DNA of 64,000 nucleotides from Hydrogenophilales bacterium 16-64-40 (GCA_002256995.1 NCGX01000008.1:6441-70440), one strand, 5' to 3'. Positions 41,670 through 52,195 are shown, numbered from the stretch's first letter. Notes: generated by a model not told the origin, from the sequence alone. Made by a program: numbers and translations.

Positions 41670-42056
41670 ATGACTGAGGAATCGCATGCTGCGCCTGGCG
41701 GCTTATTTGAATCCCTGAAAACGCTGTCGGCAAGTCTGGTCGGCATTGCCCAGATGCGTCTCGAGTTGTTGTCCACAGACGTGGCGGAAGAGCGGGAGCA
41801 CATGATCTCACTGCTGGTGGTGGGCCTGGTTGCGCTGTTCTGCCTCGGTGTTGGCATTGTGCTGCTGGCGATTCTGATTGCGGTTGCCTTCTGGGAGTCA
41901 CACCAGTTCGCGGCGCTGGGCGGGCTGACCGGGATTTTCCTGGCCGCCGGCACCGGGGTCGTGTGGCTTGCCATGCACAAGGCGCGATCCCGGCCGAGGC
42001 TGTTCGCAGCGAGCCTGGCGGAACTGTCCAAAGACCGGCAGCACCTCACCCCGTGA
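41670..42056 (+). CDS. YqjE/phage-holin-family membrane protein
   Basis: RLELLSTDVAEE, two TM segments and FAASLAELSKDR. Confidence 0.88.
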   Translation: MTEESHAAPGGLFESLKTLSASLVGIAQMRLELLSTDVAEEREHMISLLVVGLVALFCLGVGIVLLAILIAVAFWESHQFAALGGLTGIFLAAGTGVVWLAMHKARSRPRLFAASLAELSKDRQHLTP

Positions 42057-42058
42057 TC

Positions 42059-42323
42059 ATGACCCAAAAAACGGGGCCATCTGGCCGAACGTCGCAGCCA
42101 GCGGGTGGCGCAATCCGAGGCCCAGCGAACCGTGCTGGCGCCCGATCTGGCGCCGTGGCGTGCGCGTGGCCGACAAGGGAGTGGCTGCGCTTCTTTTATC
42201 AGGCGCCACCCGGCCTTGATGGCGGGTGAGCGCTCGTCAGCATCCGGGTCATGGGGTTCCTAGCCGCCGTCGCGGGTCTGGTGGCGCTGCCTTGAACAGG
42301 CTTGGCGAAGTTGCCGGAGGTGA
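42059..42323 (+). pseudogene. Frameshifted YqjK-like gene
   Basis: Fragments MTQK / HLAERRSQRVAQSEAQR..LAPWRAR / ADKGVAAL / FIRRHPALMAG lie in different frames, at the position where yqjK normally follows yqjD-yqjE. Confidence 0.7.
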
Positions 42324-42333
42324 CAAGCCGATC

Positions 42334-44190
42334 TTAAATCGCGTGGGAGGGAAGAGGGTGGCTATCCCTGGCAGGGGTTTCCCGTCCGATGAAGCTCTCC
42401 TCCGTCACCAGCTGCCGGCCAAATGGCATTCTGCGCTGGTCAATGAACAGACTGCTACCGTCGATGCGTTTGGCCATGTGCTTGGCTTGGGAGGCGGCGC
42501 GCGCCACTTCCTGATACTGGTGGAAATGGGCTGGGTCGACCAGCACGGCACCGATTGAAAGCGAGACCAGGGCGTGAAAGGCCATGACTCCGCGCCGGTC
42601 TTCGCTGTGGTAGCCGCCTGCCTCCACATGCTCGGAGTTGAACAGGGCCAGACACTCCCGATCGAAACGCGTCAGCATGCCGTGGCAGCGCACCTCCCAG
42701 TCAAGGCTTTGAAACAGCACCACGAAATCGTCGCCGCCGATGTGGCCGGCAAAATCGAGCTCGGCGTTGCAGCTGTCGTGCAGGATGCGCGCCAGCAACT
42801 GGATGATGACGTCGCCGCGGCGGAAGCCGTAGACATCGTTGTAGGGTTTGAAATGGTCGAGGTCGAAATACGCGGTAACAAACGTCTGTTCGTTGACCAG
42901 CAGGCGTTCCAAGTGTTCCTGGACCGGCACATTGCCGGGCAGGCCGGTCAACGGATTGGCATAGCGTGCAGCCACGATTTGCATTTCGGTCACTTCGCGC
43001 ATCAGGTCGAAGCCGGAACCCAGCCCCAGATAGCGTCCCTCGGAGGTAATGATGAAGCCCTGGGTGAACGCCGCCTTGCCTTTTTTCACCACCAGTTCCG
43101 ACAACTCGGTCATGCGCGTGGCCTTGTCGACGATCAGCGGGTCGGCATCCATCAGTTCGCGGCAAGGCTTGCGGCCATGGAGTTCGCGCCCGTACAGGCT
43201 GATAAACCGATCGAGCAGGGCGGGGCGATGAATGATGCCGACCGGAATGCCCTTGTCCACCACGGCCACTGCATGCAGGTCGGGATGCTGCATCATCAGT
43301 TCGAGCACCTTCTGACTGGCGGTCAGCGGGGTGACCGACGGCGCGGATGCCACCAGCTTGCCGGCCGACATGTGCAGGCTGTCGCGCGCCCGCAGCATGG
43401 GGAACACGCTGACCGTGCCGGATTGCAGGCACGCCTGCACCTCGCGTGATGGCAGCCGGATCGGCACCGGCGAGGGGCGTCCGATCAGATAGCCCTGCGC
43501 ATAACGGATGCCGAGGTCTTTCAGCACCGCCAGTTCGGACGGGCTTTCTACGCCTTCGGCAATCACGCAGGAGTGGGCGCCTTCGGCCAGTTGCCTGATC
43601 GAGCGCACGAACTGGATCTTGTGGGGATCCTGATGGATATCGGCGATGAAGTGCTTGTCGATCTTGACGAAGGCGGGTTTCAGTTCCGACCACAGGCGCA
43701 GGCTGGAAAACCCTTCGCCGAGGTCGTCAATGGCCACTTCAATCCCCGCTGCACGCAGGCGAGACACGGCTTGCCGAAGATCGCCGTAATCGAGCGCGGT
43801 GGCATTTTCGGTGATTTCGATCACCACCTGATTGCTGGCCATGCCGGCGTCGCCCAGTGCCGCCAGCACCGCATCCGGCGCAAACGACGCGTCCAGCAGG
43901 CTGCCGGGCGACAGGTTCACAAACAGCCTTCCCTGCAGATTCAGCTGCGCAAAGGTCTTGAACGCCATGCGCACGCAGGCCCAGTCCAGCGCTGTCATCA
44001 GGCCGTGTTGTTCGGCCACACGGAACAGCGCCTGCGGGGCATGCAGTGGGCTGTTCGATGGCCCGCGTGTCAGAGCCTCGTAAGCCATCACCCGTCCTTC
44101 GACCAGATCGAGCACCGGTTGCAGCAGGGTTATCAGTCGCGCGTTTGCCAGAATGTCTTGCAAATGCACGCGCATTTCTTCGTGGCTCAT
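42334..44190 (-). CDS. EAL-CBS-GGDEF c-di-GMP signalling protein
   Basis: YEALTRG, DDLGEGFSSL, AEGVE, QGYLIGRP, a CBS pair, ANPLTGLPGN and GGDDF. Confidence 0.9.
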   Translation of the reverse strand: MSHEEMRVHLQDILANARLITLLQPVLDLVEGRVMAYEALTRGPSNSPLHAPQALFRVAEQHGLMTALDWACVRMAFKTFAQLNLQGRLFVNLSPGSLLDASFAPDAVLAALGDAGMASNQVVIEITENATALDYGDLRQAVSRLRAAGIEVAIDDLGEGFSSLRLWSELKPAFVKIDKHFIADIHQDPHKIQFVRSIRQLAEGAHSCVIAEGVESPSELAVLKDLGIRYAQGYLIGRPSPVPIRLPSREVQACLQSGTVSVFPMLRARDSLHMSAGKLVASAPSVTPLTASQKVLELMMQHPDLHAVAVVDKGIPVGIIHRPALLDRFISLYGRELHGRKPCRELMDADPLIVDKATRMTELSELVVKKGKAAFTQGFIITSEGRYLGLGSGFDLMREVTEMQIVAARYANPLTGLPGNVPVQEHLERLLVNEQTFVTAYFDLDHFKPYNDVYGFRRGDVIIQLLARILHDSCNAELDFAGHIGGDDFVVLFQSLDWEVRCHGMLTRFDRECLALFNSEHVEAGGYHSEDRRGVMAFHALVSLSIGAVLVDPAHFHQYQEVARAASQAKHMAKRIDGSSLFIDQRRMPFGRQLVTEESFIGRETPARDSHPLPSHAI

Positions 44191-44448
44191 ACAAGGACAG
44201 GGGAATGCAGGAATGGGAACGATAGGCGGGAAGCGTTACGTTCGTGTGACGGACGAGTTGTTGGCTGTAACCGGTCGTTGCGTCCCGCTTGCTCGTCCCC
44301 TGTGCCGGCAGCGGCAAGGACATGGCAAGCGCACCGTCCCTGCCCAACAAACACGGGCTCAAGTTAAGATGGGATACACCGATTCATCAGATATCTGTTT
44401 CGGGTGCGCATTCACGGTTAATGCGTCACGCCGGATGGTCTTGGAGGA

Positions 44449-45282
44449 ATGATGCCGCAGCAAGCTAAAAGCATGGCAGCCTGGCTCGCCTTTTTGGGGC
44501 AGGCTGAAATTCCTGTGTTGAAGCAGACGGCGCGCGAGCTTGAACGCCTGAGCGCCGATGAGTCACATTTGGATGCCCGCAGCATTGCCAATGTCGTCAC
44601 CGACGATCCGCTGATGACGGTCAAGCTGCTGCGCTACATGCAGACGCACAAGCATCGCAACCAGAAATATGAGCTGGTCGACGTGAAGGAGGCGCTGCTC
44701 ATGATGGGCCTGGATGCCTACTTCCGCGAGGTGCCGGCGGCGCCGATTTCAGAAGACATGCTGCAGGGTCATATGGGGGCACTGGTGCATCTGCTGCATA
44801 CGGTCCGGCGTGCGCAGCGTTCGGCGCATTACGCATACGACTGGGCACTGCGCCTGCACGATCTGCACGCGGAAGAGGTGCACGTGTCGGCACTGCTCTA
44901 CCATGTCGCCGAAATGCTGATGTGGTGCTTCAACCCGGGACAGATGCTCGAAATCCAGAAGCGGCAGGCGGCCGATGCCACGCTGCGCAGCGCGGATGTG
45001 CAGAAAGAGGTGCTGGGGTTTACCGGTATGGATTTTCAGCGCCAGCTGACGATCGAATGGAAACTCCCCGAATTGCTGCTGAACCTGATGGATCCGGCAC
45101 AGGCGAACACGAGCCGGGTGCGCAATGTGAAGCTGGCGGCCAATCTGGCACGGCATTCCGCCCAGGGCTGGGACAACGACGCGCTGCCGGATGATTACCG
45201 CGAAATTGCCGCATTGCTGCGGATGGAGCCGGACAAAGTGGCGGCAATGGTCAAGTCAGTCCCCGCTGCCGTCCAACGCTGA
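44449..45282 (+). CDS. Stand-alone HDOD domain protein
   Basis: IPVL, DDPLMTVKLL, ALLMMG, SALLYHVAE and WKLPELL. Confidence 0.85.
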   Translation: MMPQQAKSMAAWLAFLGQAEIPVLKQTARELERLSADESHLDARSIANVVTDDPLMTVKLLRYMQTHKHRNQKYELVDVKEALLMMGLDAYFREVPAAPISEDMLQGHMGALVHLLHTVRRAQRSAHYAYDWALRLHDLHAEEVHVSALLYHVAEMLMWCFNPGQMLEIQKRQAADATLRSADVQKEVLGFTGMDFQRQLTIEWKLPELLLNLMDPAQANTSRVRNVKLAANLARHSAQGWDNDALPDDYREIAALLRMEPDKVAAMVKSVPAAVQR

Positions 45283-45313
45283 GCGGGTCGTCCGCCGCCC
45301 CGCGCCGCAAGGA

Positions 45314-46144
45314 TTAAGCCGGCTTGGGGATCACGCTTTCTTCCAGCTTGCGGGCGAGTTGCGAAATGGCCGCGCCGGCAGGGCAGCCGGGCGTGGCCTG
45401 CATCAGCAACTGGCGCCGCATGATGGCCTGGCGCACCTCGGGGTCGACGGGAATGTCGCCCATGTGGACCAGGCGGATGGGGTGGTCGGTGACGACGAAG
45501 CGGTCGAGCACCTGTTGCAGCTGATTCGTGATGGCCAGGCCAGAACCGGGACGAGCGGCCTGGTTGACGATTACGCGCACGGTCTGCCGCTGTTGCTGCC
45601 CCACCAGCACCTTGATGGTGGCGTAGGCATCGGTGAGCGAGGTCGGCTCGGGCGTGGCGACCATCAGGACTTCGGACGCCAGCGAGACGGCGAACAGGAC
45701 GACGTCGGAAATCCCGGCGCCGGTATCCAGCAGGACCACATCGTAATGCGGCACCAGGCTGCTGATGATGCGCAGGAATTCGTCACGCACTTCGGGCGTC
45801 AGACGCGAGTATTCGACCATGCCGGAACCGGCCAGCAGCACGGAAAACCCCCCGGGCGCCTGAAGAATCGCGTCTTCCAGCTTGGCCTTGCCGGTGAACA
45901 CGTCATGCAGTGTGATCTTGGGGTACAGGTTGAGCACCACGTCGAGATTGGCGAGGCCAAGATCGGCGTCGAGCACCAGCACCTTGTGGCCGCGTTTGGC
46001 CAGCGCGGCCGCGAGGTTGGCGGACACAAAGGTCTTGCCGACGCCCCCTTTGCCACTGGTGACAGCGAGCACTTTGCCATGGGGCCTCAGGGGAAGCTTG
46101 GCCGTGCTCGGGTGCTCGGCGGTGGGGGTCAGTACATCGTTCAT
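45314..46144 (-). CDS. flhG: MinD/FlhG family ATPase
   Basis: [29 protein letters not shown] and [15 protein letters not shown]. Confidence 0.8.
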   Translation of the reverse strand: MNDVLTPTAEHPSTAKLPLRPHGKVLAVTSGKGGVGKTFVSANLAAALAKRGHKVLVLDADLGLANLDVVLNLYPKITLHDVFTGKAKLEDAILQAPGGFSVLLAGSGMVEYSRLTPEVRDEFLRIISSLVPHYDVVLLDTGAGISDVVLFAVSLASEVLMVATPEPTSLTDAYATIKVLVGQQQRQTVRVIVNQAARPGSGLAITNQLQQVLDRFVVTDHPIRLVHMGDIPVDPEVRQAIMRRQLLMQATPGCPAGAAISQLARKLEESVIPKPA

Positions 46145-47010
46145 GCGTTCACTCGATCCGTGGCGTTGCCCTGGCTGTCGGGAGGGGCGTCGCCCGAAAG
46201 ATTCCTGATCATGGTCGCCTCATCCGTGGCGATGTGGGCAAACAACAGCCCTTTTTCTTCTGCGCTGACCGAAAGTTCCTGTGGCTGATCCAGGCATACC
46301 TGGTTGCGGCCGCTGGTTTTGGCGCGGTAGAGCTGCTGGTCGGCACGCTCGATCCACAAATCGGCGGTGGAGCGCACCCATTCCGGCGCATAGGCACCGC
46401 CCGTGCTGATCGTGACCTGGACGTTGGTCTGGGCTGCGACGGGGATCGAGAGCGAAGCAACGGTTTGACGAATCCGCTCGGCTACCGCGCGCCCGAAAAG
46501 GGGCCGGCAGTGCGGCAGGATGACCGCAAATTCTTCGCCGCCGTAGCGGACGACGGTGTCCATGGGGCGCACGCAGTCCGCCAGGCAGTTGGCGATCGCC
46601 TGCAGGACCTGGTCGCCGGCCAAGTGGCCATGGGTGTCGTTGATCGCCTTGAAGTGGTCGATGTCCACCAGCAGCAGCAGCACCGATTCGCCGGAACGTG
46701 CGACGGTTTCGATCGCGCGTTCGAGCGTCGAGCGCAGATGCCGGCGGTTGCCCAGCCCGGTCAACGGGTCCTTGAGCGAGATTTCGCACAGGCCGTCGAT
46801 CACACGCTGCAAATAACCGGTAGGCGATTCCCCGGCTTCCTGCTGGCTATCTTTTGCGTCGTGTTTCAACAGGGCGCGCGCGTCGTCGAGCTGCAGCGCT
46901 TGCAGGTCGATCTGGGAGGAAGGGGTGAGTAGGGCCAAAGGGGGTTTGAAAACCTGGCGTTGAATATGGGCACACGGCCCGAAGGGGAGACGCAACCGTC
47001 TCCTTGCCAA
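46141..47010 (-). CDS. Cytoplasmic diguanylate cyclase
   Basis: [20 protein letters not shown] and RPMD..RYGGEEF. The start codon is uncertain. Confidence 0.85.
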   Translation of the reverse strand: MARRRLRLPFGPCAHIQRQVFKPPLALLTPSSQIDLQALQLDDARALLKHDAKDSQQEAGESPTGYLQRVIDGLCEISLKDPLTGLGNRRHLRSTLERAIETVARSGESVLLLLVDIDHFKAINDTHGHLAGDQVLQAIANCLADCVRPMDTVVRYGGEEFAVILPHCRPLFGRAVAERIRQTVASLSIPVAAQTNVQVTISTGGAYAPEWVRSTADLWIERADQQLYRAKTSGRNQVCLDQPQELSVSAEEKGLLFAHIATDEATMIRNLSGDAPPDSQGNATDRVNA

Positions 47011-47245
47011 GTATGTGGGTATTTACGCCGTAGATCAAGCGCTGGCGGGCCGATCGCGGCCACGCCTTGGGCAATCAGAACGCGAAATCGATACGGCCGT
47101 GTGGGGTTTCAAGCGCGCCATGCAAATTACGCTGTCATGGCGTGTCGTTGGGCGAGCGGCCAGTGTTTAGGCCTGGCCGGTCAATGGGGGCGCTGCACGC
47201 CAGACATCCACCGCTCATACACCTTGAACATCGCTGCGTGCCCGG

Positions 47246-47617
47246 CTAAGCCACACTGCCAAAGCTGGGGTCGGTGGCGATGAACGGCGCCTTCAGCCCG
47301 GCCAGGCGGCAGCTCTGGGCAATGGGTCCGCCTGGAAACAACGTATACAAGTACTTGATTCCGCCTTTGGGGTGGAAGTGCTCATTCAGGGCATCGTGCA
47401 ATTCGCGCAGGTTGATGACGGCAGCGTCTTCGTGGTGGGCATAATAGTTTTGCAGGGCACGTATGGTTTCCCAGTGATCTTCTGCAAGTTCAAGCCCTTC
47501 CTGGCGCGCGATGGCTGCCGCGTCGTCCCGTGTCCAGTTGAGTGGGGCATGGGGAAAATCGGGGTCCGCCGCCGGCTCCTGTATGAGTTTGTTGATGTCG
47601 GCTGAAACGTGCTCCAT
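47246..47617 (-). CDS. DsrC/TusE-family protein lacking the penultimate Cys (RspA-like)
   Basis: AIARQEGLELAEDHWETI, GGIKYLYTLFPGGP and AQSCRLAGL; ends DPSFGSVA. Confidence 0.85.
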   Translation of the reverse strand: MEHVSADINKLIQEPAADPDFPHAPLNWTRDDAAAIARQEGLELAEDHWETIRALQNYYAHHEDAAVINLRELHDALNEHFHPKGGIKYLYTLFPGGPIAQSCRLAGLKAPFIATDPSFGSVA

Positions 47618-47631
47618 GGCGATCTCCTTTA

Positions 47632-47650
47632 AAGCATTTCAAGAATGCTT
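47632..47650. promoter_or_regulatory. Perfect palindrome AAGCATT-N5-AATGCTT, putative operator
   Basis: Lies 15 nt upstream of the dsrC-like start codon. Confidence 0.5.
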
Positions 47651-47743
47651 CTAGGGTAGGCCAGCTTCTTCCAGATTCAAGGATCGGCTGGCCGCTCCAC
47701 GGTCTTGCTTCATGCTCAGCAGGGGCAACCGCCCCGCGGCTGC

Positions 47744-48016
47744 TTAGCGCCGACTGCCGCCTTGTGGGGTGGTGCCGCCGCCCGACTGCGGGGTGGTGGT
47801 GTCCAGGTAGCGGTTCACCGTATCGGCCCCGGCCCCCTGGCGCACGAAGTCGGCAAATTCGCTTCCGCTGAGGCCGTCCTCGATGCGGGTGTTGTGGATG
47901 TCATTCGGCATATTGGCCCAACCGGCGCCATTGGGGCTGTTGTGGTCGGCCAGCGCGGATGCCGAGAAAAGGGCGGTCATGGAACCGAGAACCAGGACGT
48001 GTGCGATTTGCTTCAT
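47744..48016 (-). CDS. Small secreted hypothetical protein (90 aa)
   Basis: RBS GGAG, signal peptide ending ALA, conserved-looking G.GWANMPNDIHNTR motif. Confidence 0.7.
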   Translation of the reverse strand: MKQIAHVLVLGSMTALFSASALADHNSPNGAGWANMPNDIHNTRIEDGLSGSEFADFVRQGAGADTVNRYLDTTTPQSGGGTTPQGGSRR

Positions 48017-48197
48017 GCGTAACTCCTATTCAGATTTGGATATCCGACATGCAGCGGATTGCATGCGGTAAGTGCATGCTAGAAAGGGCGTGTGGCTCGG
48101 CTGTGTCGCAGCCGTTCCAGATTGTGACAGTCTGTGACCGGCCGCCCATGAGCCGACTATGCTGGAAGCGTTCGTGATCCAGTCAGGAGGTGCCGGC

Positions 48198-48734
48198 ATG
48201 ACGAAGCGTGCGTATCCACTGTCCAAAGTTTATGGCCTGCTGGAGCCGGGGCCGGTGGTGCTGGTCACGACCGCGCGCAGGGGCCAGGCCAACATCATGA
48301 CCCTGTCATGGCACACCATGATGGAATTCGAGCCGCCGCTGGTTGGCTGCGTGATCAGCGGCCGCAATGCCTCGTTCGACACGCTGAGGTCGACCCGGGA
48401 ATGCGTGATCAATATCCCGACGCTGGAACTGTCGAAACAGGTGGTGGGCATCGGCAATTGCTCCGGCCGCACGGTAGACAAGTTCGCCCAATACGGCCTC
48501 ACGCCGGTTGCCGCCGCAGAGGTGAAGCCGCCGCTGATCGCGGAATGCTATGCCAGCCTCGAATGCCGGGTGGCCGATACCCGGCTGGTCAATCGCTACA
48601 ACTTCTTCATCCTCGAAGTGGTGAAGGCATGGGTCGACGCCGCGATCAGGCAGCCGAAGACCTTGCACCATCGCGGCAACGGCGTCTTCGCTGTGGTCGG
48701 TGAAACCGTCAGGCGGCGCTCCGCGGCCAAATAG
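48198..48734 (+). CDS. Flavin reductase family protein
   Basis: LLEPGPVVLVTT, ECVINIP, GNCSG, PLIAECYASLEC and TLHHRG. Confidence 0.9.
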   Translation: MTKRAYPLSKVYGLLEPGPVVLVTTARRGQANIMTLSWHTMMEFEPPLVGCVISGRNASFDTLRSTRECVINIPTLELSKQVVGIGNCSGRTVDKFAQYGLTPVAAAEVKPPLIAECYASLECRVADTRLVNRYNFFILEVVKAWVDAAIRQPKTLHHRGNGVFAVVGETVRRRSAAK

Positions 48735-48793
48735 CCGGCCGAATCGATCCGCGCGTGCGGATTCGGCGCCAAGCTCAGGGATAATCCGGCCGC

Positions 48794-49957
48794 ATGAATG
48801 CAGTTCCCTACTGGCGCCTGTCCGGTTTCTATTTTTTTTACTTCGCCTTCGTCGGCGCGATGTCGCCGTTCTGGGGGCTGTATCTGCAGTCGCTGGCGTT
48901 CAACGCGTTCCAGATCGGCGTGCTGATGTCGCTGCTGCAGGTGATGCGGATTTTCGCGCCCAATATCTGGGGGCATATTGCCGACCGCACCGGCCGCCGC
49001 ACGGCGATCGTGCAGATCGCGGCGGTCGGCAGCGTGCTGGTGTTCGCCGGGGTGTTCGTCGGTGACAGTTTCTGGTGGCTGTTCGCGGTGATGGCGGCGT
49101 TGAGTTTTTTCTGGAGCGCGTCGCTGCCGCTGGTCGAGGCGATGACCCTGTCGCATCTGGGCGAGCGGACCATCGACTACAGCCGCATCCGCCTGTGGGG
49201 TTCGGTCGGCTTCATCCTGATGGTGGTGGGGCTGGGCTATGCCTTCGATCAGGTGTCGATCCGCTGGCTGCCGTGGGCGGTGCTGGCAGTGATGCTGGGC
49301 ATCGTCGCGTTCGCGCGGGTGATCCCCGAGGCCGAGATCCTGCCGCACGCCAGCGACAACATCCCGGTCTGGGAAGTGCTGAAGCGGCCCGAGGTGGCGT
49401 CGCTGCTGGCCGCCTGCATGCTGATGGCGGTAACGCACGGGCCGTATTACACCTTCTATTCGATCTATCTGGTCGACCACGGCTACGACAAGTCGACCGT
49501 GGGCTGGCTGTGGGCGCTCGGGGTGATCTGCGAAATCGGGATTTTCCTGATGATTCCGCGCATTTTTGCGCGGGTGACGCCGCGCCAACTCATTCTGGCC
49601 AGCTTCGCGCTGGCGGTGCTGCGCTTCCTGCTGATCGCCTGGGGGGTGGAATCGGCCTGGCTGGTGTGGGGCGCGCAGACCCTGCACGCCTTCACCTTCG
49701 GCACCTATCACGCGGCCGCGGTGGCGCTGATCCACCAGCATTTTCGCGGGCGCCACCAAGCACGCGGACAGGCGCTCTACACCAGCCTGTCCTACGGCGT
49801 CGGCGGCACCATCGGCGGACTGGCGAGCGGTTTGACCTGGGACACGCTGGGTTCGGCGTGGACCTTTACCCTGGCGGCGGTGAGCGCGGGCCTGGCGTGG
49901 GCGGTCTATGCCCTGTGGGGGAATACAAAATCCGTGCCCGCAGCCGGCAAGCTATGA
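48794..49957 (+). CDS. MFS transporter (HcaT/LacY-like)
   Basis: 12-TM pattern, YSRIRLWGSVGF and RGQALY. Confidence 0.88.
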   Translation: MNAVPYWRLSGFYFFYFAFVGAMSPFWGLYLQSLAFNAFQIGVLMSLLQVMRIFAPNIWGHIADRTGRRTAIVQIAAVGSVLVFAGVFVGDSFWWLFAVMAALSFFWSASLPLVEAMTLSHLGERTIDYSRIRLWGSVGFILMVVGLGYAFDQVSIRWLPWAVLAVMLGIVAFARVIPEAEILPHASDNIPVWEVLKRPEVASLLAACMLMAVTHGPYYTFYSIYLVDHGYDKSTVGWLWALGVICEIGIFLMIPRIFARVTPRQLILASFALAVLRFLLIAWGVESAWLVWGAQTLHAFTFGTYHAAAVALIHQHFRGRHQARGQALYTSLSYGVGGTIGGLASGLTWDTLGSAWTFTLAAVSAGLAWAVYALWGNTKSVPAAGKL

Positions 49958-49996
49958 AATAATCAGCGTTTTACGCGCTGTCTCGCCTTATTCAGA

Positions 49997-51400
49997 ATGC
50001 CAGGACTCACCTTATTCCAGAAATTGTGGGACGCCCACGTGGTCCACGTCGAGGCCGACGGCACCACGCTGCTCTACATCGACCGCCATCTGGTGCACGA
50101 AGTCACTAGTCCGCAGGCGTTCGAAGGGTTGAAGCTGGCCCATCGCACCCCGCGCCGGGTCGATGCGGCGATTGCCGTCCCGGACCACAACGTGCCGACC
50201 ACCGACCGTTCGCAGGGCATCGCCGACCCGATCTCGCGCCTGCAGGTCGAAACGCTTGACGCCAACTGCGCCGAGTTCGGCATCACCGAATTCAAAATGG
50301 ACGACATCCGCCAGGGCATCGTCCACGTCATCGGCCCCGAAGAGGGGTTGACCCTGCCCGGCATGACCGTGGTGTGCGGCGATTCGCATACTTCGACGCA
50401 TGGTGCTTTTGGGGCATTGGCGTTCGGCATCGGCACCTCCGAGGTCGAGCACGTGCTGGCCACGCAATGCCTGTGGCAGAAGCCGTCGAAGACCATGCTG
50501 GTCAAGGTCGAAGGCCAGCTTGGACAGGGCGTGACGGCGAAGGACATCGCGCTTGGGATCATCGGCGAGATCGGCACCGCCGGCGGCACCGGCTACGCGC
50601 TGGAGTTCGGCGGCTCGGCGATCCGCGCACTGACCATGGAAGGCCGCATGACGCTGTGCAACATGGCGATCGAGGCCGGTGCGCGTGCCGGCATGGTGGC
50701 GGTCGACCAGACCACCATCGACTACGTCAAGGGCCGTCCCTATTCGCCCAAGGGCGCAGCATGGGACCAGGCGGTGGCGTGGTGGAACACGCTGCATTCG
50801 GACGCCGATGCAGTGTTCGACCGCGTGGTCGAACTCGACGCCGCGAAGATCGAGCCGCAGGTCACCTGGGGCACCTCGCCCGAGATGGTGACCACCATCG
50901 GTGGCCGCGTGCCCGACCCGGCCGACGCGCCGAGCGACGTCAAGCGCCACGACTGGACGCGCGCGCTGGAATATATGGGTTTGCGTGCGGGCACGCCGAT
51001 CGCCGAAATTCCGGTGGACAAGGTGTTCATCGGTTCGTGCACCAATTCCCGGATCGAGGATCTGCGCGAGGCCGCCAGCGTGGCGCGTGGCCGCAAGGTC
51101 GCGCCCACCGTCAAGCTGGCGATGGTGGTGCCGGGTTCCGGTCTGGTCAAGCAGCAGGCCGAGGCCGAAGGCCTGGACAAGATCTTTGTCGAAGCCGGCT
51201 TCGAATGGCGTGAGCCGGGCTGCTCAATGTGCCTGGCGATGAACGCCGACCGATTGGAGCCTGGCGAGCGCTGCGCCTCCACCTCCAACCGCAATTTCGA
51301 GGGACGGCAAGGGCAGGGCGGCCGCACCCATTTGGTCAGTCCGGCGATGGCGGCCGCTGCCGCGTGCGCCGGGCATTTTGTCGATGTACGTCACTTTTAA
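49997..51400 (+). CDS. leuC: 3-isopropylmalate dehydratase large subunit
   Basis: [29 protein letters not shown] and CSMCLAMN. Confidence 0.98.
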   Translation: MPGLTLFQKLWDAHVVHVEADGTTLLYIDRHLVHEVTSPQAFEGLKLAHRTPRRVDAAIAVPDHNVPTTDRSQGIADPISRLQVETLDANCAEFGITEFKMDDIRQGIVHVIGPEEGLTLPGMTVVCGDSHTSTHGAFGALAFGIGTSEVEHVLATQCLWQKPSKTMLVKVEGQLGQGVTAKDIALGIIGEIGTAGGTGYALEFGGSAIRALTMEGRMTLCNMAIEAGARAGMVAVDQTTIDYVKGRPYSPKGAAWDQAVAWWNTLHSDADAVFDRVVELDAAKIEPQVTWGTSPEMVTTIGGRVPDPADAPSDVKRHDWTRALEYMGLRAGTPIAEIPVDKVFIGSCTNSRIEDLREAASVARGRKVAPTVKLAMVVPGSGLVKQQAEAEGLDKIFVEAGFEWREPGCSMCLAMNADRLEPGERCASTSNRNFEGRQGQGGRTHLVSPAMAAAAACAGHFVDVRHF

Positions 51401-51410
51401 GGAAAACACC

Positions 51411-51545
51411 ATGAAATCAATGATCGCTGTTTTGATGGCCGCTGCTTTCACCCTGGCGGGCTGCAATACCATGGAAGGTTTTGGCCAGGACGTCCAGAAA
51501 GCGGGCAGCTCGATCGAAAAAGCCGGCAGCAAGGCCGGTAACTAG
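51411..51545 (+). CDS. Entericidin A/B family lipoprotein (44 aa, absent from the ORF track)
   Basis: Translates as [44 protein letters not shown]; lipobox LAGC, CNTxxGxGxD motif, RBS AAGGA. Confidence 0.9.
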   Translation: MKSMIAVLMAAAFTLAGCNTMEGFGQDVQKAGSSIEKAGSKAGN

Positions 51546-51550
51546 TCAGC

Positions 51551-52189
51551 ATGCGGGCATTCACCACACTCGACGGACTGGTGGTGCCGCTCGACCGCGC
51601 CAACGTCGACACCGACGCCATCATTCCCAAGCAGTTTCTGAAGTCGATCAAGCGCGCCGGCTTCGGCCCCAATCTGTTCGACGAATGGCGTTATCTTGAC
51701 CACGGCGAACCGGGCATGGACCCCGCCACACGCCAGCCGAATCCGGAGTTCGTGCTGAACTTCCCGCGCTACAAGGGGGCTTCCGTGCTGCTGGCGCGCG
51801 ACAACTTCGGCTGCGGCTCGAGCCGCGAGCACGCGCCGTGGGCGCTGGAAGACTATGGCATCCGCGCCATCATCGCGCCGTCCTACGCCGACATCTTCTA
51901 CAACAACTGCTTCAAGAACGGCATCCTGCCGATCGTGCTCGATGCGGCCACGGTCGAACGCCTGTTCCGTGAATGCGAAGCCAGCGAGGGCTACCGGCTC
52001 AACGTCGATCTCGACCAGCAGACTGTCACCACGCCGGGCGGCGAAGTGCTGGCGTTCGAGGTCGACGGCGGCCGCAAGCACCGTCTGCTCAATGGTCTGG
52101 ACGACATCGGCCTGACCTTGCTGCAGGCCGACAAGATCGAGGCGTATGAAGCGCGGCGCAAGCTGGAAGCGCCCTGGCTATTTAATTGA
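51551..52189 (+). CDS. leuD: 3-isopropylmalate dehydratase small subunit
   Basis: [13 protein letters not shown] and [15 protein letters not shown]. Confidence 0.98.
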   Translation: MRAFTTLDGLVVPLDRANVDTDAIIPKQFLKSIKRAGFGPNLFDEWRYLDHGEPGMDPATRQPNPEFVLNFPRYKGASVLLARDNFGCGSSREHAPWALEDYGIRAIIAPSYADIFYNNCFKNGILPIVLDAATVERLFRECEASEGYRLNVDLDQQTVTTPGGEVLAFEVDGGRKHRLLNGLDDIGLTLLQADKIEAYEARRKLEAPWLFN

Positions 52190-52195
52190 TGGTGG

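Noticed and set aside
41670-42056. 'Phage holin' as evidence of a prophage
   Set aside because: It is the chromosomal YqjE-type gene in the yqjD-E-K module; no phage genes are nearby.
49958-49996. Leucine attenuator upstream of leuC
   Set aside because: The gap is only ~40 nt, with no Leu-rich leader or terminator.
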